64,000 nt of DNA from Eledone cirrhosa (taxonomy: Eukaryota), in the NCBI GenBank assembly GCA_964016885.1, contig OZ024758.1:27218001-27282000 (forward strand), read 5' to 3'. How positions within the stretch are numbered: the stretch's first letter is position 1; each line of letters opens with the position of its first letter. Below the pieces are notes generated by a model. It worked only from the letters and a program-made list of their open reading frames with translations. It was not told the origin of the DNA and searched no databases. Below, piece by piece: positions 52,538 to 64,000 of this stretch. The position numbers were made by a program, and so were the translations under genes.

Positions 52538-52999
52538 ACGTTACATACGATAATAGTTTCTACTTTTGACACAATGCCAGCTATTATCCCTGTGTATTAC
52601 TGGTACTTTATTTTATCGATCCGTTAAGGTTGAAAGGCAAAGTTAACCCCAGCGGGATTTGAACTCAGACCATAAAGGGCCGTAACTCTTTGCTGAAAAG
52701 CATGGGGTCCGTCCCTCTACCGATACTGCCAATCCACCGCCATTACATGGCCAATCCACCGACGTTACATACGATAATTGTTTCTACTTTTGGCACAAGG
52801 CCAGCAACTACCCAGTGCATTACTGGTACTTTATTTTATCGACCCCGTAAGGATGAAAGGCAAAGTCAACCTCGGCGGGATTTGAACTCAGATCGTAAAG
52901 GGACGTAACTATGCTGGAAAGCATGGCGTCCGACCCTCTACCGATACTGCCAATCCACCGCCATTACATGGCCAATCCACCGACGTTACTTACGATAAT
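52538..52999 (-). mobile_element. Two tandem SINEs with triplicated target GACGTTACWTACGATAAT
   Basis: Target at 52538, 52761 and 52982. Confidence 0.88.
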
Positions 53000-53237
53000 G
53001 ATAATTGCAAACGTCAGATGTAGAAATTCATAAGTAATTTTATTCATTATCCGTCGTAATACATATTTCTGTGACGTTCCTGATTACACAATGCACTCAT
53101 CACGCAACCATTAACACGATTTCATCTGACAGGACCCTAAATAGTAAGGTTTGGAATGGAAATGTTACATAACAACTATTACTTTAAATGCTGTCTGATG
53201 AAAAAACTGACAAAACAACTAAAGAATGTTTGTGATA

Positions 53238-53400
53238 GTAATTGTTTCTACTTTTTGGCACAAGGCCAGCAATTACCCAGTACATTACTGGTACTTTATT
53301 TTATCGACCCCGTAAGGATGAAAGGCAAAGTTAACCTCGGCGGGATTTGAACTCAGAAAGCATGGCGTCTGACCCTCTACCGATACTGCCAATTCACCAC
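53238..53400 (-). mobile_element. SINE with internal deletion
   Basis: TSD ATGTTTGTGATAGTAAT. Confidence 0.88.
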
Positions 53401-53839
53401 CCATGTTTGTGATAGTAATGCCAACTAGTACCTATTAAGATTGGTGTGTGTTAATCCTGAGATAATTTATGAATTATAAATGACCAATATCATATGAATC
53501 CCTTTACCAACTTCACAGTCTTTAAGCGTAGCCTTCAGTCGCTATATATATCCTTAAACTCCGAGTTACAAATGTGAAGTGAATTTTCCTCCCTTGATTA
53601 TCTTCATCTAAATTTATATCCCCCAAACATTCTTTTCCATACCAACTCCTGTTCAAATATCGTATTCATGGCGACTTCTCGCACATATTTCATAATATAT
53701 GCGATAGAATATATTTAAGATTTATGGATTACGTTAACGGACAGAGTAGGAATGGATCTCTACGCAGGCAGTTGTCCTAATATAGCAGCTGAATCCCCAT
53801 TAAATCATACCCAACCGTCTTTAAAATAAACGAAGGACA

Positions 53840-54130
53840 TGTTAGATAATTGTTTCTACTTTTGGCACAAGGCCAGCAATTATCCCAGTGCATTACTGGT
53901 ACTTTATTTTATCGACCTCGTAAGGACGAAAGGCAAAGTTAACCTCGGCGGGATTTGAACTCGGATCATAAAGGGACGTAACTCTAAGCTGGAAAGCACG
54001 GCGTCCGACCCTCTACCGATACTGCCAATCGATGTTAGATAATTGTTTCTCTTTTAGGCACAAGGCCAGCAATTACCCAGTACATTACTGGTACTTTATT
54101 TTATTGACCCCGTAAGGATTGTTAGATAAT
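53840..54130 (-). mobile_element. Full plus truncated SINE with triplicated target TGTTAGATAAT, inside an older repeat
   Basis: Target at 53840, 54033 and 54120. Confidence 0.88.
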
Positions 54131-54405
54131 GAAGTCTGAGGTGCACAATGTCAGCAAAAGAAAAAAAGATGGAGTGGTCACAGGGGAAAATGATTTCCAT
54201 CGTAAGTCTGTTTGATCAGAGCTGACCTGGGGATGAACAACAAAGGATTACATTAAATACCACTCTACCCGCCTCCTCCTCTTGTTCTCCCTCCTCCCCT
54301 CACTGAACTGTGTCAATCCTACAAGATCGTTCGTAGTTGTTGATGTTGTTTTTAATGTTGTTCTTGTTCAAATCCAGCTAAGGTTAGCTTTACCTTTCCA
54401 CCTTA

Positions 54406-55047
54406 TCTATATATATAAAACTGAGGATGTGTGTGTGTGTGTGTGTTTGTGTTTGAATCCCTAAAACTCGAAGTACCCCACCGACCTTTTTCAAACTTTA
54501 CATGTGTATTACTTATGTTTCAGGGAGTGTTATGCACATACAAAAAGTCAACTTTTTGATCCCCTAAGGCCCGCATTAGGTGAAAAACTGCGTTTTTTCA
54601 GGTTTTTAGGGGGTTTTTTGAGGCGTTACGTCAAACCGATTTCCTTTAAATTGAAACTATGTATTAGTCAGTCTTTTCTTCATATCGTGAGCAAAGAAAA
54701 TCCAACTTTTTTTATGGCCTAGGGCCCGCATTAGGTGAAAAACTATTTCTTTCAGCTTTTTAGGGGTTTTTTGAGGCGTTACGTCTAGCCGATTTTCCCG
54801 AAATTTCAAGGCATATTATGCACATAAAAAAAAATTCATTTTCTTGATCCCCTAGAGTCCGTATTAGGTGAAAACCTGCATTTTTCCTGCTTCATCGAGG
54901 AAAATCTTAAAGATTATCCAGCCATCAGAGTATTCGGTTTATTTTCTTTACATATTGTCCAGGCATGCAGTTTTTCCACGATTAGGTCTGTTGGCGGCCC
55001 GCGTTCCAAAATACCTTATCCCGTGCAACGCCGGGTACCACTGCTAG
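54406..55047 (+). mobile_element. Non-autonomous Helitron inserted in an old SINE
   Basis: A|TCTATATATATAAAACTG..(TG)n..CCCGTGCAACGCCGGGTACCACTGCTAG|T. Flanks rejoin as a SINE core. Three internal GCCCGCATTAGGTGAAAA-type repeats. Confidence 0.87.
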
Positions 55048-55901
55048 TGGGTATCAATAAAATAAAGTACCAGTAATGCACTGGCGTCGATTTAATCGAT
55101 TTCCCCTTCACCCCCAAAAAATTGTTGGCCTTGTTTTAACTGTTATTAATGTTGTTGTTGATGTCATAGCTGCTTATAAACACTGTTAATGGAAACTGGA
55201 AATAAACTTCAAACTGAATACAAAAATTAAAAGGAATTAAACAATTTGCATTTTAGATCAATTTGAATTTTCACATAAATGAATGGTCACGAGAGTTAAA
55301 TTTCAATTTATTAGTTAATAGACGGCTTATAATTACACCGGTCTCGCTTGCCATACTGAAGCCAGAATGCCAAAAGTCGCTGTTTACACTCATCCATTGT
55401 GGTCAATCATGCATGAATTAATGCTTAGCCGAACGACCGGATGAGGTTCATTGTCGATGGGAAACGGCGGTAATTCAATCAGTTTGTTCTTGTAGCTGAA
55501 GAATTTGATCAGATCAGGACAGCCTATATATAATCCTACGGCGACTCCGGCTTCTACTGGTAGACACCATTTCCCCTGTTATTTGTCTATTGACTCTTAT
55601 ATTTCGCTTTTATTTTTGCTTCGTTATTCTTATTTTGTATTATTCTAATTGAGATATATAAATATATGTCTGCCCCCTGGCAAATTTGAATGAATATCGT
55701 AATTCCGCCATCCAAAATAATTACGCAGATACGCGCAAGCATGCATAGATATATAGATGTAGACTTATCTTTAGAGTTTAGTACACTCATGACAGCACAC
55801 GCACGCAATAGACGTCCGTGTATATAATTTCTATATTGTCTATATATACATATTTTTATAGACGCCGTAGCATTTGTGTACATTCAAATATACACATATA
55901 T

Positions 55902-56225
55902 ACTGTTGTCCTCCTGTATTCGCGGGGGTTACGTTTTTAGAGCACCCGCGAAGACTAAAAAACCGCGAATGTTTGACGTGGTCCATAAAAATGCCTATAA
56001 ACGTCAAAATATAACATAAAATATAATTAAAAAAAGAGGGAGCGTCTTATGCGAAGGGGTGTCTAATAGACCGGCAAATGCGGTATATTGTTATTAATAA
56101 TTTACCGTTAAATATATGTGTTGCTACGAAAAATGCCATTTAAAACATCGCGGAAAATATTTACGATTCCACGAATTTGCGGTGGTTCTAAGGAAGATTC
56201 CGCGAATAACCGGAACCGCGACTGA
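55902..56225. mobile_element. Tigger-like MITE, second copy of 6172-6479
   Basis: Shared TATTCGCGGGGGTTACGTT...GTCCATAAAAATGCCTATAAACG. Confidence 0.75.
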
Positions 56226-57117
56226 TATGTAGATAAGTTGTTAAGAGAATGTTGTGTTGGTAATGTTGAATATTGTTTCCGTGAACAACGTTGGCAGACG
56301 TTTTTGACGAAGGTTAAATATTTGGTAAATATTTCATTTTTTTGTTTTGTTTTTAATTTTCTGTCGAAAGCCTGAGGTAAACCTCAGCTTATTGAGAGAT
56401 CATTTTGATGTACATTTGCGGTTGTTGTACCGTTCCAATTCGGTTCTCTTTGAATTTCTGTGGAAATTGTGACAGCAATTTTTCAATAATTACGTTATAC
56501 CATCGTCTTGTTCTGCAAAATATTTTTTATAAATGGATGATGTCTTTCAACAATTTGCCTCCATATTGAGTGAGCAACCATTAAAAAAAATCAATTTTGT
56601 GATTGTATTGTTTCTGTTGTCGGAACATTACTAAATAGGAAGAAAAACTAGAAATGCTTTCAAGTCATCATTTTACTACATAATTGCAATATGTATGTAT
56701 GGTCCCGTAACTCCTGATAGAGTTGTAGGGCCGCCATATTGACATACGGTGTTTCTCGGGCATTTTAAGCATGGCGGAAGCCATCCATCACTCCAGGCCT
56801 GAGTACAGCAGATTTCTTCCAGAGAAGGATAGAAAGTGAGAAAGAGGAAGTGAGAAAGAGATATAGAGGAAGAATCTACCCCAGTACTAGGCTGGTACTT
56901 TTTTTATCGACCTCGAAAGGATGAAAGGCTAAATTGACGGGATTTGAACTCAGACAGCCAGAACGAATACTACAAAGCATTCTATCCGACATTCTAACGA
57001 CTCTGACAATATCCCCAACTCTTATACATGTTGTCTCTATTATAAGTGTTTCTGTTAGTACAACATGGCTGTGTAGGAAAACATTCGATTTTATTTTCTT
57101 GGCATACTTACTGTAGA

Positions 57118-57703
57118 TAATTGTTTCTACTTTAGGCACAAGGCCAGCAATTATCTCAGTGTATTACTGGTACTTTATTTTATCGACCCCGTAAGGATGA
57201 AAGGCAAAGTAAACCTCGGCGGGATTTGAACTCGGAATGGCAAGGGCCGAAACTCTTTGCTGCAACGCATGGTGTCCCCCCCCCCTCTACCGAAACTGCC
57301 AAACCACCGCCGTAATAATTGTTTCTACTTTTTGGCACAAGGCCAGCAAATACCCAGCGCATTACTGGTACTTTATTTTATCGACCCTCCGTAAGGATGA
57401 AAGGCAAAGTAAACCTCGGCGGGATTTGAACTCGGAATGGCAAGGGCCGCAACTCTTTGCTGCAACGCATGGCGTCCGCCCCCCTCTACCGATACTGCCA
57501 AATCACCGCCGTAATAATTGTTTCTACTTTTTGGCACAAGGCCAGCAATTACCCAGCGCATTACTGGTACTTTATTTTATCGACCCCCGAAAGGATGAAA
57601 GGCAAAGTAAACCTCGGCGGGATTTGAATTCGGAATAGCAAGGGCCGTAACTCTTTGCTGCAACGCATGGCGTCTGACCCTCTACCGATACTGCCAATCC
57701 ACC
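57118..57703 (-). mobile_element. Head-to-tail SINE trimer
   Basis: Three copies with internal junction CGCCGTAATAATTG. Single outer TSD CATACTTACTKTAGATA. Confidence 0.9.
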
Positions 57704-58014
57704 ATCCATACTTACTTTAGATAGTCTAGCTTTGACTTAGTTTTATATATTAACAGAAAGAAATGTATACAGAGCAATTGATAGACAGAATAGAAGTTAT
57801 ATAAAAATTGCTGGCTATAGTAATTTGGTAAAACTTTGAAAAACATTTGTTTAACAAAGTACTTGAGTTTTATTTATTATCTTTTGACAGTTTGTAGAAA
57901 AAGCAAAACAGAATTTATTATTGCAACACACACACACGTGTGTGTGTGCGTGTGTATCATAAGCGTGATACTAATAAGACTGTTTTTGCATCCCATCCCT
58001 GTGTTTATTTCTTC

Positions 58015-58052
<38 letters not shown>

Positions 58053-58082
58053 AGAACAAAAGATGGTTAAAAGAGTTCCATG

Positions 58083-58153
58083 TATTTTATTATGCGCATT
58101 TCAAAAACAAATATCATCATGCAATAATATTTGTGTTTTCATCAGATAAAACA
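58083..58153 (-). ncRNA. Type-I hammerhead ribozyme, apparently intact
   Basis: Stem I UGUUUUAU/AUAAAAUA; CUGAUGA; 16-position stem II (one C.U mismatch) with GCAU loop; GAAA; palindromic stem III AUGCGCAU; AUA triplet. Confidence 0.82.
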
Positions 58154-58247
58154 GGAAGACATGATATGAAGGTTAAAAAACACTTGTGGATAGTGCAGTT
58201 TTAAATCAACATATCATTGCTTTATTGTACTACAATAAAACTCACCT

Positions 58248-58288
<41 letters not shown>

Positions 58289-58857
58289 GTTTACATATAC
58301 ATAAAGTTATAGATATATATACTGCAACCGGTCACTTTTAGGCTCTATGAAGAATTAATAAATTAATAAATTTTATATGGTTAATTATGGTAATTGGAAG
58401 AGGAAATAGTACATATTTTATCTAATAATTCTAAGGACATGATTTATGATATATATATATAAGAACGCAAGACTTGTTGAAGAAGTAAATCCTTTGTTCT
58501 GTCGTCAAAGACCATTAACTTGCAGACCCCTGCAAGAGGAATTAGTCGATCTCGGATTTACAGAAACCTAGCGTGGATGTTGTGTGTTGTATGTGATGTA
58601 TATCGTATGCTATACGATATGCGTTATATATTGCATTCGGTCTCCGCGCTATGGCCAGGTCAGTCTAAAATCTTTTCCTGAATCCAACCATTTTCGTTGC
58701 TATGGCAATGCGGCTGGACTGCAAAGTTGTCTAAACGTATTGTTATTACTCTGGGGTACTATTCCCTATCGAGTGCTAAAGCTACATACCGAATTTGCAT
58801 TCGTTAGCTTGGCCGCAACCTAAAGCTTCGTTAATGCTGTACTAACATTATTATTAC

Positions 58858-59222
58858 TTGGCAGTATCGGTGGAGGGTCGGACGCCATGCTTTCCAGCAT
58901 AGTTACGTCCCTTTACGATCTGAGTTCAAATCCCGCCGAGGTTGACTTTGCCTTTCATCCTTACGGGGTCGATAAAATAAAGTACCAGTAATGCACTGGG
59001 TAAATGCTGGCCTTGTGCCTAAAGTAGAAACAATTATTACTTGGCAGTATCGGTGGAGGGTCGGACGCCATGCTTTCCAGCATAGTTACGTCCCTTTACG
59101 ATCTGAGTTCAAATCCCGCCGAGGTTGACTTTGCCTTTCATCCTTACGGGGTCGATAAAATAAAGTACCAGTAATGTACTGGGTAATTGCTGGCCTTGTG
59201 CCTAAAGTAGAAACAATTATTA
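58858..59222 (+). mobile_element. SINE tandem dimer
   Basis: Identical 5' truncation and shared variant. TTATTACT at all three junctions. Confidence 0.9.
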
Positions 59223-59427
59223 CTATATATAATATATATAGTAATAATAATAAATTTGAAGACTAAAATCCAAAGAGGGCTCGATAAGGATAAATATATA
59301 TCAAATATATAAAAACCGTAGAGCAACACACGTATTCCTGTTTACATGTGTATGCATGGAAAATGGGTTAAATTGTAATCAAATTTTTCGACAAAGATTA
59401 GAAAGGAGGTGTCCGTATTTCTTCTAT

Positions 59428-60080
59428 TCTCTCACTCTCACCCCTCTCTCTCGTACTTCTCTCTCACCCCTCTCTCTCATACTTCTCTCTCACCCCTCTC
59501 TCTCATACTTCTCTCTCCCCCCTCTCTCTCATACTTCTCTCTCACCCCTCTCTCTCATACTTCTCTCTCACCCCTCTCTCTCATACTTCTCTCTCATACT
59601 TCTCTCTCATACTTCTCTCTCATACTGCTCTCTCACCCTTCTCTCTCATACTTCTCTCTCCCCTTTCTCTCTCCCCTTTCTCTCTCATACTTCTCTCACC
59701 CCTCTCTCTCATACTTCTTTCACCCCTCTCTCTCATACTTCTCTCTCCCCCTCTCTCTCATACTTCTCTCTCACCCCTCTCTCTCGTACTTCTCTCTCAC
59801 CCCTCTCTCTCTCATACTTCTCTCACCCCTCTCTCTCGTACTTCTCTCACCCCTCTCTCTCGTACTTCTCTCACCCCTCTCTCTCGTACTTCTCTCACCC
59901 CTCTCTCTCGTACTTCTCTCTCCCATACTTCTCTCTCCCCTCTCTCCTCACTTTCTCCTCACCCCCGGGTTCTCCATCTCTGTTCTTGTGTGTCTGTGTG
60001 CGTGTGTCTGTGTCTGTGTGCGTGTGTCTGTGTCTCTGTGTGCGTGTGTCTGTGTCTGAGTGTGTCTGTGTGTGCGTGTG
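59428..60080. repeat. CT-rich minisatellite (CTCATACTTCTCTCTCACCCCTCTCT) followed by a (TG)-rich tract
   Basis: Directly visible. Confidence 0.92.
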
Positions 60081-60411
60081 GCGGTGTGTTTACAAGTAAA
60101 ACAAAACAAATAATGTATACATCACCCTTTCGAGGGAAGATTGTATATCAGGATGTTTGTGAATGTGCGTTGCGCGCACGCGCGAGTTACTAACTATAGA
60201 ATTCGTATTTCCTGTTACCCATAGTCGGTTTAAAGGGTGTGAGGTTTAAAATGTAACCCAATCAGCTTGTGTTTAGGATCAAAGGCCTCTGGAAGCCGCA
60301 GAATGTTGACGACAACAACGAGCAATGTTAGCACAAGATAGCGAATAGATTTTAGAAGACATGTCGACTGCAAGTTCCTTTTTGAACATTCATTTAAAAA
60401 ACAAATATTTG

Positions 60412-60452
<41 letters not shown>

Positions 60453-61039
60453 CTTTTCAATCTATATATGCTTCAGATGTAAGACTTGGCTTCAGATCAC
60501 CTTGCCTGCTTTCGTTTTGGTATGAACAAACAGTACCGTCTTCTGTATTTACAAATATGCTGTACCTATGAAAGTATATTCTTTGTTTTCTTTGCTTTGT
60601 TTTATTCTGTGTGTCCCCGAAGTTCTGTCCTGTGCATCTAGAGTGGAAAGGAAAAACAAAAGGAGTATATATTTGTAAACGACTTCTTTAAACTGTCGAA
60701 GACCTTCAAATTAAGTAAAATAAGCAAATCCACGCGTATTCTGTGTATGCACATGTATGTGTGTGTATGTATGTATGTATGTATGTAGACGTGCTTGTAT
60801 CAGTATGCTATCCGTTTTAATTATTTGAAATATTTCCTATAAAGGAGATGGTGTCTAACAGAGAAACAAAATTCCATCGTTGGAATTTAGATAACAACAC
60901 AAAAGGTTCAACATGTAAAGCTTCCATGTTAAATTTTTGGGAAGTCTTGCATATTTTAGCTGTTCCGCTTATGTATTTGAAGTGCAAAGTGCGTGGTAGC
61001 TGGTCACTTTGTACGCCTGAAAAACAACACCCTTTAGAT

Positions 61040-61123
61040 TAGAGGTTCTCAGAGTGGATGCTACCCCACCGGCGGTGGGGTGAGAAGGTCCAAACGGTAG
61101 CCCCAAACGTTTGAGAATCTCTG
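61040..61123. mobile_element. 84-bp hAT mini-MITE
   Basis: TIRs TAGAGGTTCTCA/TGAGAATCTCTG and 8-bp TSD CTTTAGAT. Confidence 0.82.
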
Positions 61124-61342
61124 CTTTAGATATTAGCATTTTTTGTTCCAATAATTTTGTTCCAACAATTATTAAATGTAAATTTTATAATCTGAATAGG
61201 GAAGCTGAGGTTTCTAAACAAGTAGTGCGCAAATATTCTCCTCCTCCCTGATTTTCTCACTGGTGTATGTATGTATGTATGTATGTATGTATGTATGTAT
61301 GTATGTATGTATGTATGTATGTATGTATGTATGTATGTATGT

Positions 61343-61668
61343 GTTGGATACCCAATCGCGCGGTTAATCCACTGGGAGCGAAGAACCCCTAGCCTTTGTC
61401 AGGGCATTCTTCTAGGAGAAGGCAACTCAGGAAACTGGGATAACTCCGATATAAAACCTGCGGCTCAGTAGTTACCGATGATGTTGATCTTTTCTTCTAT
61501 CCGGGTTATAGCTACTGTCGCTCAGAGAGTGGGATTGGCTCAGTGCAGTCTTTCCTCACTTTAAAAAGAATCTTCACGCACAGGCATTGCACGATAGAAT
61601 TAATTAATAATTATTAATAATGGTATATCGTGCAATGGCCATACTCGATAACGAGGAGGCAGCCATCA
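61343..61668 (+). mobile_element. Diverged R1-related RTE-derived element within (TATG)n
   Basis: Shares CCCCTAGCCTTTGTCA..CTAGGAGAAGG, AGAGAGTGGGATTGGCT and the 3' ACTCGATAACGAG..GGCAGCCA. Lacks the zinc-finger segment. Confidence 0.75.
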
Positions 61669-61684
61669 TTGTATGTATGTATGA

Positions 61685-61985
61685 AGGTACGTGGCTTTGT
61701 GGTTAGGGAATTCGGCTCCTTTTCGTAAGGTCATGGGTTCGATTTCCGGCGGTGCGTTACTTTATTTCACGTTTCTACAGTCCACTCAGCTGGCAAAAAT
61801 GAGTTGTACCTGTAATTCGAAGGGCCAGCCGTGTTACATTGTGTCATGCTGAATCTCCCTGACAACTACGGTAAAGGTACGCGTGTCTGTGAAATGCTCA
61901 GCCACTTGCACGTTAATTTCACGAGCTGGTTGTTCTGTCGAGCGGATCAACTGGAACACTCGTCGTCGTAACCGACGGAGTGCGA
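61685..61985 (+). mobile_element. tRNA-derived SINE (second family)
   Basis: A-box-like TGGCTTTGTGG and B-box-like GGTTCGATTTCC. Tail shared with 13270-13440. Confidence 0.72.
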
Positions 61986-62304
61986 GTCAGTCATGCATGT
62001 ATGTCCACTCCCATTACATTAAATTGGAGCTTGTAGTATTGAATGTTTCTCTGAATATGTTTCCATGGAAAGCAAGTTGCTGTAGAGTTAGGTGTGAATT
62101 TCAGCTGAGGTATATGAGCTACAAAACCTGCCATGGACATTGTTGTCACTTGATAATTAACATTATACACCTTAAATTAGATAGCTTGGTATTGTAGACC
62201 CAGGGGCGGGTTTGTTTCGGTCATGAAATTGGGAGGGTGGTCTTAGATGATTGAAGCTTTTTCCTACTCTCAATATTCAGATTGCGAGATGCTATTTCTG
62301 TTTG

Positions 62305-62700
62305 TTTGTATGTATGTGTGTGTATGTATGCGTGAGTGTATGTATGTATGTATGTAGGTAGGTAGGTAGGTAGGTATGTGTGTATGTAGGTAGGTAGGTA
62401 TATATGTGTATGTATGCATGAGTGTATGTATGCATGAATGTATGTATACAGGTAGGTAGGTATGTGTGTATGTATGTATGTATGTAGTTAGGTAGGTATA
62501 TATGTGTGTATGTATGTATATAGGTAGGTATATATGTGTATGTATGTATATAGGTAGGTATATATGTGTGTATGTATGTATATAGGTAGGTATATATGTG
62601 TATGTATGCATGAGTGTATGTATGTATATAGGTAGGTAGTTAGGTATATATGTGTGTATGTATGTAAGCATACCTACATGTATATATGTATGTATCTGTG
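62305..62700. repeat. (TATG)/(TAGG) microsatellite
   Basis: Directly visible. Confidence 0.93.
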
Positions 62701-63007
62701 TGTGTAAGCACGTGAGCATTTGTGTACGTATGAGATTATGTGAAGTATCGTTTACTAATGGAGGGAAAAGAATCTGGTTAGATTATTATTTTGTTGATGT
62801 ACTCAAGCTAAGCCGTGGATTTCTTAATGAGGAAGGATAACACTTGCACTCGATAGTGGTGGGAAATAACTACAGGTGATGTTGTAATGGTGCGGCGAAA
62901 GAATCTTTTAAAAAATAAAACAGAATTCCTCTTTTTATTGTACATGAAAAAATAATAATAAATCTCAGCTTAAACAATACAGCACTTGCCTTGCGGGTTA
63001 TTTAGAC

Positions 63008-63485
63008 CAAGCATGTCAAACTGAGGTTTCCCGAGGGCCACATGGGTCACATATGTGTTGTATGAGGGCCACATGGGTCACATGTGTTGTCTGAGGGCTA
63101 CATGGGTCACATGTGTTGTCTGAGGGCCACATGGGTCACATATTTGTTGTCTGAGGGCCACATGGGTCACGTATGTGTTGTCTGAGGGCCACATGTGTCA
63201 CATGTGTTGTCTGAGGGCCACATGGGTCACATGTGTTGTCTGAGGGCCACATGGGTCACATGTGTTGTCTGAGGGCCACATGGGTCACATATGTGTTTTC
63301 TGAGGGCCACATGGGTCACATGTGTTGTCTGAGGGCCATATGGGTCACATATGTGTTGTCTGAGGGCCACATGGGTCACATATGTGTTGTCTGAGGGTCA
63401 CATGTGTTGTCTGAGGGCCACATGGGTCACATGTGTTGTCTGAGGGCCACATGTGTCACACATGTGTTGTCTGAGGGCTACACAC
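63008..63485 (+). repeat. 29/31-bp minisatellite (~16 units) starting just inside a hAT-like terminus
   Basis: CAAGCATGTCAAAC followed by (GAGGGCCACATGGGTCACAT[AT]GTGTTGTCT)n. Confidence 0.88.
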
Positions 63486-64000
63486 GACAACTCATTGCGC
63501 ACATTACAACACGCTTTTTTATTTTATGTTGCGAAGATAAAACATGCTCGCGCTGTAGAAACCTTTGGGGGGTAACATGTTGAAATGCCTTCTTAATACT
63601 GAAAATCCTATATCGTCCAACAAAATTCCCAATCCCCCACCTTGGTCTAAGGCATTGATAATGTATACAATTTGGATAAAGTAGAATTGTAAAAGACCAT
63701 TCTAATCTACATACAGACATGTTGTTTTGTTTTTTTCGAAGGTACAGGTGGCATTCAGCAGCTAAACATGTACCAATGTAGTTTTTAGATATAACGCTTC
63801 TCGACAATCTAGAATAATCTTAAACTGGGCTTAGTGGTTATTCCCTTCGCTTGAAAGCCGGTTATTTTTTAGTTGCTAAACTTTACAGTAATGAATACGT
63901 TGAGTAATTTACTGAGATTCAATTACAAAATACAACATTTATTAATCAAACGTTTAAGTAATTTTAAAATGTAAATCTTTGAATTTGTAGTAAAGCAAAA

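Noticed and set aside
59356-60099. 247-aa Ser/Leu-rich ORF
   Set aside because: Translation of a CT-rich minisatellite.
63032-63485. 29-31-bp repeats as CRISPR
   Set aside because: The units are contiguous with no spacers, and the context is eukaryotic.

Overview
Eukaryotic, AT-rich and almost entirely repetitive DNA. The dominant tRNA-headed SINE with a Nin/Deu-type central domain and the other SINEs resemble those of octopod cephalopods (inference from recall, not a database result). No intact protein-coding gene is visible. The long ORFs are translations of (TA/TATG)n microsatellites, and there is one weak candidate host exon at 51065-51187 (-). Contents: about 30 SINE copies, decayed LINE 3' ends (mostly RTE-type), non-autonomous Helitrons, hAT and Tc1/pogo MITEs and transposase relics, a probable solo LTR, a 52-bp satellite, and a roughly 14-kb microsatellite nest at 25.6-39.6 kb. 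Two signals stand out. (1) Several distinct families of short non-coding elements carry type-I hammerhead ribozyme motifs with palindromic stem III, sit at (TA)n tracts and mostly form fold-back inverted repeats, as expected of Penelope-like derivatives; the copy at 58083-58153 (-) looks intact. (2) A structured, co-varying ~115-nt motif lies at the apparent 5' terminus of two divergent RTE-derived non-autonomous families and fits no canonical ribozyme I can recognise. All alignments and folds were done by eye.
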